From Bacillota bacterium (lineage in GTDB: Bacteria > Bacillota > Clostridia > Christensenellales > Aristaeellaceae), in NCBI GenBank assembly GCA_023396045.1, contig JAEWXD010000002.1, positions 704 to 64,703 of the forward strand: 64,000 nt of DNA, given 5' to 3'. The position numbers and the translations under genes were made by a program. The notes under the pieces were generated by a model. It worked only from the letters and a program-made list of their open reading frames with translations, searched no databases and was not told where the DNA came from. The stretch's first letter is position 1; the number at the start of each line of letters is the position of its first letter. Shown in pieces: positions 36,731-44,273 of this stretch.

Positions 36731-37357
36731 ATGAAACGTTTTATTTTACTGCTTATCCTGTGCATTTGCACCAGCCTTAGCATTGCCTTAGCCGCTACAC
36801 AAGGTGATTTTCAATATACCGTAATAGACAACGAAGTACATATTACAGGCTATACAGGCAGTGAAAAAAAGGTAAGCATACCAAAATATATAGAAGGCCA
36901 AAAAGTAACGCACATTGCTGCTTCTGCCTTTGAAAACAAAGAAACAATTACCCGCATACAGTTGCCAAAATACTTAAGCAATATAGAAAGCAAAGCCTTT
37001 GCAGGCTGTACCGGTTTAAGCACCATGAGTGTGGGCGAAAATGTAACCTATATTGCAGATGATGCTTTTGAAAACTGTTACAATTTGGTGGTAAAACTAT
37101 ACCAAGACAGTTATGCCCATTTGTATTTTATGGATGCAGGTATCCCCTTCCGTTTCTTTAAAGAAGAAAATGAAAGTGCATTGTTGGAAGTAATAACCGA
37201 AAACCCCAACGCAACTTTACAACCTTTTTCTGTAGAAGTGAATACAGACAACATTGCTACAGACCCCTTTGCCGCTCCGGCAGAAATACAAAACCAAGAT
37301 ATTTTCACAGAAGCACCGCCTCAAGCAGTAGTATTTGAAGTTGTGCCGAACGAATAA
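36731..37357 (+). CDS. Secreted BspA-type leucine-rich-repeat protein
   Basis: Signal peptide MKRFILLLILCICTSLSIALA. Repeats of the type IPKYIEGQKVTHIAASAFENKETITRIQLPKYLSNIESKAFAGCTGL. Confidence 0.75.
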   Translation: MKRFILLLILCICTSLSIALAATQGDFQYTVIDNEVHITGYTGSEKKVSIPKYIEGQKVTHIAASAFENKETITRIQLPKYLSNIESKAFAGCTGLSTMSVGENVTYIADDAFENCYNLVVKLYQDSYAHLYFMDAGIPFRFFKEENESALLEVITENPNATLQPFSVEVNTDNIATDPFAAPAEIQNQDIFTEAPPQAVVFEVVPNE

Positions 37358-37365
37358 AATTCTTT

Positions 37366-37387
37366 CGCCCTTCGGGGCGTTTTTTTA
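37366..37387 (+). terminator. Terminator after the LRR gene
   Basis: CGCCC-ttcg-GGGCG followed by T8. Confidence 0.85.
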
Positions 37388-37466
37388 TTGCAAGCAATGC
37401 TTTCTTGCAAAATAACGCAATTTTTATTACAATAATGATATTCTTTTTTGATTGGGATGTTTAAGT

Positions 37467-38123
37467 ATGATACAAACAAAAGATTTATTTAGTTTAGAAG
37501 AGAGTTTAGCAGGCGACTACCTTGCAAGCTTTATTTACCCTTGGGAAGCTTTGGCAGGTATTAAGGACTGTATTTTAGCTTTGGGCGCAAAGCTTGGAGC
37601 AGAATATACGCAGATAAGCCCACAGGTTTGGGTGCACCAAACCGCCGTCGTTGCCCCTACCGCTTACATCGGCGCACCTTGCATTATTGGGGCATATACC
37701 GAAGTGCGCCATTGTGCCTTTATACGTGGCAGTGCCATTGTGGGCGAACATTGTGTAGTGGGTAATTCTGTAGAGCTGAAAAATGTTATTTTATTTAACC
37801 ATGTGCAAGTGCCCCACTACAACTATGTAGGCGACTCTATTTTAGGCTACTATGCACATATGGGCGCAGGCTCTATTACCAGCAATGTAAAAAGTGATAA
37901 AAGCTTGGTAGTGGTGCACAAAGACGGGGAACACCTGCAAAGCGGTTTAAAGAAATTTGGTGCTATGCTCGGTGATTACGTAGAAGTAGGTTGCAACTCT
38001 GTGTTAAACCCCGGCGCAATTATAGGCAAAAACAGCAGTGTATACCCCTTGAGCTGCGTGCGTGGCGTAGTGCCTGCAAATAGCATACACAAAAACAGTG
38101 GCGAAATAATTCAAAAGAGGTAA
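37467..38123 (+). CDS. Left-handed beta-helix (hexapeptide-repeat) transferase resembling the GlmU C-terminal acetyltransferase domain
   Basis: Hexapeptide repeats (IGAPCIIGAYTEVRHCAFIRGSAIVGEHCVVGNSVELKN...). It ends 2 nt before glmM. Confidence 0.6.
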   Translation: MIQTKDLFSLEESLAGDYLASFIYPWEALAGIKDCILALGAKLGAEYTQISPQVWVHQTAVVAPTAYIGAPCIIGAYTEVRHCAFIRGSAIVGEHCVVGNSVELKNVILFNHVQVPHYNYVGDSILGYYAHMGAGSITSNVKSDKSLVVVHKDGEHLQSGLKKFGAMLGDYVEVGCNSVLNPGAIIGKNSSVYPLSCVRGVVPANSIHKNSGEIIQKR

Positions 38124-38125
38124 TT

Positions 38126-39475
38126 ATGGGAAAATATTTTGGTACAGACGGTTTCCGTGGGGAAGCCAATAAAGACTTAACATACAACCACGCATCTAAA
38201 ATCGGCCGTTTTTTAGGCTGGTATTATGGTAAAAGGCTTAATAAAAAGGCAAAAGTGCTTATAGGGAAGGATACCCGCCGTTCCAGCTACATGTTTGAAT
38301 ATGCCTTGGTTGCCGGTTTGGTTGCCAGCGGTGCAGATGCATACATTATGCACGTTACCACCACCCCCAGTGTAAGCTATATTACCCGCTGTGATAAGTT
38401 TGATTGTGGTATTATGATTTCTGCCTCTCACAACCCCTACTATGACAACGGTATTAAGTTGGTAAATAATTTGGGCGAAAAAATGGACGAAGAAACCATA
38501 ACCAAAATTGAAGAATACTTAGATGGCAACGTAGAAATTCCACTTGCAGAACGCGATGAAATTGGCAGAACCGTAGACTATGTAGCCGGCAGAAACCGTT
38601 ACATCGGCTACTTGATTTCTTTAAGCCGTTACAGCTTTAGCGGTGTAAAAATTGCCTTAGACTGCGCCAACGGATCTGCCTGGAGCATTGCCAAAGGTGT
38701 GTTTGATGCCTTGGGCGCAAGCACTTATGTTATTAACGCTGAACCGGATGGGTTTAACATTAACACCAACTGCGGCTCTACCCATATTGAACATTTACAA
38801 AAATATGTAGTAGACAATCACTTGGATTTGGGCTTCGCCTTTGATGGCGATGCCGACCGTTGCCTTGCCATAGACGAAAAAGGTCAACTTGTCACCGGCG
38901 ACCATATACTTTACATTTATGCCAAATATATGAAGGAACGCGGCAAGCTGTTAAACAATAAAATTGTTACCACCATTATGAGCAACTTTGGCCTATATAA
39001 AGCCTTGGATACACTGGGTATAGAATATGAAAAAACAGCCGTAGGCGATAAATACGTATATGAAAATATGCTTGCCAACGGCCATAGGCTCGGTGGCGAA
39101 CAAAGCGGCCATATTATATTTAAAAAATATGCAAGCACTGGCGACGGTGTATTAACAGCCCTAAAGTTAATGGAAGCTATGCTTGCCAAAGAAAAACCTC
39201 TCAGCGCTTTGCATGAAGACTTTGTATTCTTCCCCCAAGTGCTTAAAAATGTGCGCGTACATTCTAAGGCAGAAGCACAAAATGACCCTGCCGTACAAGC
39301 AGCCGTGCAAAATGTAAGCGAAAAGCTTGGCAACAACGGCCGTGTACTTGTGCGTGAAAGTGGAACTGAGCCTGTAATTCGTGTAATGGTGGAAGCCGGC
39401 GACCATGATACCTGCGAAAAATATGTAAATGAAATTGTCGATATACTTGTAAAGCAAGGGCATAGTATAGCATAA
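38126..39475 (+). CDS. glmM: Phosphoglucosamine mutase
   Basis: Active-site motif SASHNPYYDNGIK; FDGDADR; 449 aa. Confidence 0.95.
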   Translation: MGKYFGTDGFRGEANKDLTYNHASKIGRFLGWYYGKRLNKKAKVLIGKDTRRSSYMFEYALVAGLVASGADAYIMHVTTTPSVSYITRCDKFDCGIMISASHNPYYDNGIKLVNNLGEKMDEETITKIEEYLDGNVEIPLAERDEIGRTVDYVAGRNRYIGYLISLSRYSFSGVKIALDCANGSAWSIAKGVFDALGASTYVINAEPDGFNINTNCGSTHIEHLQKYVVDNHLDLGFAFDGDADRCLAIDEKGQLVTGDHILYIYAKYMKERGKLLNNKIVTTIMSNFGLYKALDTLGIEYEKTAVGDKYVYENMLANGHRLGGEQSGHIIFKKYASTGDGVLTALKLMEAMLAKEKPLSALHEDFVFFPQVLKNVRVHSKAEAQNDPAVQAAVQNVSEKLGNNGRVLVRESGTEPVIRVMVEAGDHDTCEKYVNEIVDILVKQGHSIA

Positions 39476-39481
39476 TATAGT

Positions 39482-39517
39482 AAAATTCCGAAACCCATAA
39501 GGCTTCGGAATTTTTTA
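39482..39517 (+). terminator. Terminator after glmM
   Basis: AATTCCGAAACC-cataa-GGCTTCGGAATT followed by T-rich sequence. Confidence 0.8.
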
Positions 39518-39652
39518 TATATTTTGCTTAATAAAATTGCCGCTCATGCGTTTTGAACTTTGGCATATTTTTAAATTATTTTTTTATAAATTTTTTGTGC
39601 AAATGAATATAACACATAGATGTTGTATTGCATTTTTTCATTTATAAAATAT

Positions 39653-39699
39653 ATAAAAATTCCAAAACCAGATAATAGCCACCTGTTTTGGAATTTTTA
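39653..39699 (-). terminator. Terminator after the 135-aa ORF (also hairpin-competent on the plus strand)
   Basis: ATTCCAAAAC-16 nt-GTTTTGGAAT flanked by A/T runs. Confidence 0.7.
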
Positions 39700-39700
39700 T

Positions 39701-40108
39701 TTATGATTGTTTTAAATACGCCTCTATATACTCTTTTATTTTCTTTGCTATATACACCTTATCTTGCAAATCCTGCTCGCTATTGGGGCAAAACTGTTGC
39801 ACGCCTTCTTGTATATAGTTGCGTGCGGGGAACGCTCTATCTCTATACATTTGCCCTAATGTGCGCGTTGCGCCCTTGCACACAAAATGTATAGCGTTGG
39901 GTTTGCTTGCAAACAGTTTTATGCCGGCCACAGAGAGTTCCACACGTTCTATATCGCTTAGAGGAATGACTCTTTGCACCGTATCATAAACAGGGAAAAA
40001 CCTTGCGGAGCTTTGTGTGGCAAGCACGATATGATCTTCATAAAGTGTACAAACGGCATGGTTTTTAGCATTGTAATGGGCAACGATTTCAAATAATTTT
40101 TGTTTCAT
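39701..40108 (-). CDS. Hypothetical protein, possibly bacterial PH-domain-like
   Basis: Intact ORF. ATG at 40108; the ORF-track start is TTG at 40120. No family motif recognised with confidence. Confidence 0.45.
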   Translation of the reverse strand: MKQKLFEIVAHYNAKNHAVCTLYEDHIVLATQSSARFFPVYDTVQRVIPLSDIERVELSVAGIKLFASKPNAIHFVCKGATRTLGQMYRDRAFPARNYIQEGVQQFCPNSEQDLQDKVYIAKKIKEYIEAYLKQS

Positions 40109-40120
40109 ATCCTTTACCAA

Positions 40121-40142
40121 TAGAAAAAGCCCAAAAGGGCTT
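40121..40142 (-). terminator. Hairpin + T-tract between mglC and the hypothetical ORF
   Basis: On the minus strand: AAGCCC-tttt-GGGCTT followed by TTTCT. Confidence 0.55.
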
Positions 40143-40150
40143 GTTCTATA

Positions 40151-41134
40151 TTATTTTTTAGTTCTATATTTACGCATATCTAAGATACAAGCAACCAAGA
40201 TAACGCCACCTTTAATAATGTAGGCAACACCACCGGAGATACCAAGGAAGGTCATGGCTGTCATAATAAGTTGCATCATAAGCACACCTAAAATAACACC
40301 TGAAATTTTACCGGTACCACCTACAAAGCTTACACCGCCAATAACTACGGCAGAAATGGCATCGCTTTCATAGCTAAGGCCAAGGGTTGGGCTGGAGTTG
40401 CCAATACGTGCGGCTTCAATAAAACCGGAGTAGCCATAGAGAGCACCTGCAAGCATGAATACACATACGATGGTAAACAATACATTTACACCGGATACTC
40501 TGGCTGCTTCTTCATTAGAACCTACAGCGAACATATTTTTGCCAAAGGTTGTTTTGTTCCAAACAAACCACATAACCACAGTGATAATGGCTGCAAGCAA
40601 TACATACCAGTTTACTTGCCTACCTGCCAAAGTAAAAATGGCTTGGTTAGAAAAAGCACTCATAGGAATTTGTTTTGAATTGGAAACAGTAAGATAAATA
40701 CCATAAATCATCAATTGGGTTGCAAGTGTTACGATAAATGGATGCAATTTGAATTTACCCATGCAGAAGCCGTTTACAAAGCCAATGGCTGCGCCAATCA
40801 CTACAACAGCCAATATTGCAACAACAGGAGAGGCTGCCCCAACTACTTTTTGCATAATAATAGCAGAAATAAAACCGGCAAGGCCTATCATTCTACCACC
40901 AGAAAGGTCGGTACCTGCCAGTATAATACAGCCGGCAACACCCAATGCCATAGGCAAGCGGGCAGCGGTTAGGCTTAGTAAGTTTACTAAGTTAGGTACT
41001 TTTATAAAGGCAGGTGTGCGAATGGCAACGTAAACACTAAGTAACAAAATGAGTATAATCATTGCATTGTCCAGCGCCCAGTTTAAAACATCGATTGCAC
41101 GCACATTAGAAAGTCTTTTTTTCGTTTGTTCCAT
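40151..41134 (-). CDS. mglC: Galactose/methyl-galactoside ABC transporter permease
   Basis: CUT2-type 10-TM permease immediately downstream of mglA. Confidence 0.8.
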   Translation of the reverse strand: MEQTKKRLSNVRAIDVLNWALDNAMIILILLLSVYVAIRTPAFIKVPNLVNLLSLTAARLPMALGVAGCIILAGTDLSGGRMIGLAGFISAIIMQKVVGAASPVVAILAVVVIGAAIGFVNGFCMGKFKLHPFIVTLATQLMIYGIYLTVSNSKQIPMSAFSNQAIFTLAGRQVNWYVLLAAIITVVMWFVWNKTTFGKNMFAVGSNEEAARVSGVNVLFTIVCVFMLAGALYGYSGFIEAARIGNSSPTLGLSYESDAISAVVIGGVSFVGGTGKISGVILGVLMMQLIMTAMTFLGISGGVAYIIKGGVILVACILDMRKYRTKK

Positions 41135-41145
41135 CGGTATTCTCC

Positions 41146-42651
41146 TTATACATACTTAGAAGCAAGAGTCATAATTTCTTCTTGGGTGGTGTTTTGGGCA
41201 TCTACTTCACCGGCGAGCCTACCACCACTCATTACCAAAATTCTATCGCATACGCCAAGCAATTCCGGCATTTCGGAAGAAACCATCATTACAGACTTTC
41301 CTTCCTTGGCTATATTGTGTACCAATTGATAAATTTCATATTTAGCACCTACGTCAATACCACGTGTAGGTTCATCCAAAAGCAGCACTTCCGGGTTGGT
41401 GAGCAACCATCTGCCAAAAATAACTTTTTGTTGGTTACCACCGGAAAGGCTACGGATTTTAGTTTTTTGGCTTGGTGTTTTAATACTCATAGCAGAAATC
41501 ATTTTTTGCGTGCTTTCCTGCATTTTTTTACTATTGAGCAAGAAGCCGCTCACATGGTTTTTTAAGCTGGAAATAACCGTGTTTTCCATAATGTTTAAAA
41601 TGCCAAAAATACCGGTGGCTCTACGTTCTTCTGTAAGAAGGGCAAAACCGTTTTTAATAGATTCCTTCGGTGTACGGTTATAAATCTGCTTGCCATGCAA
41701 AGTGATTTTACCACTTTTGCGTGTTGCATTGCCAAAAATGTTTTCAAGCAATTCCGTTCTGCCCGATCCATCCAAACCTGCTACACCCAAAATTTCACCT
41801 TTTTTAAGGGTAAAACTTACATCTTGCAAGCAAGAATATTGGGCAGAGAGGCCCTCTACTGTCATAATATCTTCGTGGCTTGGGGTGTGGGCTTTATGTG
41901 GAAACTGATTGCTCATTTCCCTGCCTACCATAAGGCGAATAATTTCTGCTTTGGTAAGATCCTTTGCAGCTTTGGTGGCAATGTATTGGCCGTCGCGCAT
42001 AATGGTTACTTCATCAGAAATACGCAAAATTTCGTCCATTTTATGAGAAATATAGATAATACCGCAACCACGCGCTTTTAACATTTCAATAATTTTAAAC
42101 AAATGCTTTACTTCGGTTTCGTTTAAAGAGGAAGTAGGTTCGTCTAAAACAATTACTTTAGAGTTAAAAGAAACGGCTTTGGCAATTTCTACCATTTGGC
42201 GTTGGGAAACCGGCATTGTACCCATAATGGTTTTGGGGTTTACTTGCACATTGAGTTCTTCAAACACACGCATGGTATCTGCATACATTTGTTTTTCACT
42301 TACAAAGGGTAAGCCCTTCATTTTAGGGTAGCGGCCCAGCCAAATATTATCCATTACATTGCGCTTTAAGGCTTGGTTTAACTCCTGGTGCACCATTGCC
42401 ACACCATTGTCTAAAGCTTCTCTGGAGTTTTGGAAATTAACTTCTTTTCCATCCAGCACAATGCTGCCTTCATCTTTGTAATAAATACCAAACAAGCATT
42501 TCATTAAGGTGGATTTACCTGCACCGTTTTCACCCATAAGGGCGTGCACAGTACCTGCTTTCAAAGTTAAATTCACCTTATCTAAGGCTTTTACACCCGG
42601 GAAAGACTTGCTTATACCCTGCATTTGCAGCAAAATTTTATTTTCTGCCAT
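41146..42651 (-). CDS. mglA: Sugar ABC transporter ATP-binding protein with a duplicated ATPase domain
   Basis: Two ABC cassettes (GENGAGKST; LSGGNQQKV); 501 aa. Confidence 0.85.
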   Translation of the reverse strand: MAENKILLQMQGISKSFPGVKALDKVNLTLKAGTVHALMGENGAGKSTLMKCLFGIYYKDEGSIVLDGKEVNFQNSREALDNGVAMVHQELNQALKRNVMDNIWLGRYPKMKGLPFVSEKQMYADTMRVFEELNVQVNPKTIMGTMPVSQRQMVEIAKAVSFNSKVIVLDEPTSSLNETEVKHLFKIIEMLKARGCGIIYISHKMDEILRISDEVTIMRDGQYIATKAAKDLTKAEIIRLMVGREMSNQFPHKAHTPSHEDIMTVEGLSAQYSCLQDVSFTLKKGEILGVAGLDGSGRTELLENIFGNATRKSGKITLHGKQIYNRTPKESIKNGFALLTEERRATGIFGILNIMENTVISSLKNHVSGFLLNSKKMQESTQKMISAMSIKTPSQKTKIRSLSGGNQQKVIFGRWLLTNPEVLLLDEPTRGIDVGAKYEIYQLVHNIAKEGKSVMMVSSEMPELLGVCDRILVMSGGRLAGEVDAQNTTQEEIMTLASKYV

Positions 42652-42786
42652 CGTTTTCTCCTTTTATTGCAAGTGACCTTGCTTTTTATAAGGTTTAATA
42701 AACCCATATTGCCTTTTCTGTTTCAACAGTTTATTAAACAGAAAGTAAAATTTTGACGCAAAATTTACAATTCCCTATATAGAGAA

Positions 42787-42814
42787 GTGAAGGAGCCTAA
42801 GAAGGCTCCTTCAC
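42787..42814 (-). terminator. Intercistronic hairpin between mglB and mglA
   Basis: GTGAAGGAGCC-6 nt-GGCTCCTTCAC, an 11-bp perfect stem with a weak T-tract. Confidence 0.6.
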
Positions 42815-42834
42815 AATAATGTTATGAGCGAAAA

Positions 42835-43911
42835 TTATTCACCTGCATAAACTGCATAAGGAATTTGAACGAACCAACCGTCAACTACTTTGTAGTTTTC
42901 GTTTAGGCCTTCTAATTTATCTTTGCCTTCAATCAAGTTAGCGGTGATAGTAGCAACTGCGTCTGCCATACCAACTGCGTCTTGTTTGATTGTACCGGTC
43001 ATGATACCGTCTTTGATCATTTTTTGAGCTTCTTCTACAGCGTCAACACCAAATACCGGGATCACTTTTTCGTCTTTGCTCTTATTGTAGCCAACTTGTT
43101 GCAAAGCTGCGATAGCACCGAAAGCCATACCGTCGTTGTTGCAGATAACCAATTCTACCATGTTGTTGTTAGCTTCGCTATATTGAGCCAAGATGGTTTG
43201 CATATAGTCTGTAGCTGCAGCAGAACTCCAAGTACCGTTTTGGTCTACCAAGTATTTGGCTGTGTTGTTTTCATCATAGAATTTTAAAGGTTTTTTGCCG
43301 GCTGCTGTTAAAATAGCGTCTGCATTTTCTACACCAAATTTAGTTCTTGCAATGGCTTCTTGGTTTGCTTCGTCGCCTTTGAACATTACATAGCTGATTT
43401 CGCCGTCGCCGTTTAAGTCTAATTTGTCATAGTTTTCTAAAACGTAAGCGCCAATCATGTCGCCTTGCATACGGCCAGCATCTTCAAAGTTTGTACCTAC
43501 GAAAATGGATTTTTCATAGCTTTCAAACATAGCTTTTGCTTCAGCATCGTCTTGAGAAACGGCACGGTTGAAGAATACTACTGGCAAACCAGCATTTTTG
43601 CCGATTTCTAATAATTTTTCTGCAACACCGATGGAGCCGGATTCTACCAAGTTAACAACCAATGCGTTTGTACCGGAAAGTACAGCAGAGTCTAAGTCTT
43701 CGTTTTGTTGTGTTTGTACAGCGTTGCTGTCTTTATCTAACACTTCAATGCCTTTGGCTGTAAGAGCTTCGTTTAAAGCGTTACGAACGCTTGTGAGGTA
43801 GATATCACCAAAGGTGTACCAAGATACAACAGCTTTGCCTTCTGCCATTGCGCTACCTGCAATGCTTAATACAAGAATTGCAGCCAATAAAATGGATAGA
43901 AATTTTTTCAT
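42835..43911 (-). CDS. mglB: Galactose/glucose-binding protein
   Basis: Collinear by eye with E. coli MglB, including the Ca-loop-like DLNGDGEISYVMFKGDE. Signal peptide present. GGAG precedes the ATG at 43911. Confidence 0.8.
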   Translation of the reverse strand: MKKFLSILLAAILVLSIAGSAMAEGKAVVSWYTFGDIYLTSVRNALNEALTAKGIEVLDKDSNAVQTQQNEDLDSAVLSGTNALVVNLVESGSIGVAEKLLEIGKNAGLPVVFFNRAVSQDDAEAKAMFESYEKSIFVGTNFEDAGRMQGDMIGAYVLENYDKLDLNGDGEISYVMFKGDEANQEAIARTKFGVENADAILTAAGKKPLKFYDENNTAKYLVDQNGTWSSAAATDYMQTILAQYSEANNNMVELVICNNDGMAFGAIAALQQVGYNKSKDEKVIPVFGVDAVEEAQKMIKDGIMTGTIKQDAVGMADAVATITANLIEGKDKLEGLNENYKVVDGWFVQIPYAVYAGE

Positions 43912-44023
43912 TTGAAATTTCTCCTTTTGTTTTTTTATAAAGCGAGTTGTAAAACTTGTATAAACCCAAGATTTAAAAAACCGCAGAGCAATACAATGCA
44001 CCACGCTTTATTTGTTTAGGAAT

Positions 44024-44052
44024 ATTATAAACCATATGCAATAAATAATCAA
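44024..44052 (-). promoter_or_regulatory. Promoter of mglBAC
   Basis: On the minus strand: TTGATT, 17-nt spacer, TATAAT. Confidence 0.5.
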
Positions 44053-44210
44053 TATTTTGTTTGTAAAATGTATGTTTTTTTGCAGTTTATGCCTGCTTTT
44101 AAACAAATTTTTATATAAAGCAAGCTCAAAGCCTTACTTTGCCTGCAAACCGCAAAAAATAATTTATATGCAATTTTTATGTATAAACTTTGTATTTTTA
44201 ACTATAAAAA

Positions 44211-44239
44211 TTGACATAAGCACGCAATTATACTACAAT
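44211..44239 (+). promoter_or_regulatory. Promoter of alaS
   Basis: TTGACA, 17-nt spacer, TACAAT. The leader to the start codon is only ~30 nt. Confidence 0.7.
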
Positions 44240-44273
44240 AAAAACGTTATTGTAATTAAAGGAGCAAAGAGAT

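Noticed and set aside
39516-39658. 21-codon minus-strand ORF (MKKCNTTSMCYIHLHKKFIKK) in the AT-rich gap between the two terminators
   Set aside because: No ribosome-binding site and no promoter. The reading frame is plausible by chance in A/T-rich sequence.
44005-44273. T-box leader for alaS, and a lysine (L-box) riboswitch for the aspartokinase gene at 18912-19058
   Set aside because: Both genes have consensus promoters only ~30-40 nt upstream of the start codon. That leaves no room for a ~200-nt leader, and I saw no specifier or T-box sequence.
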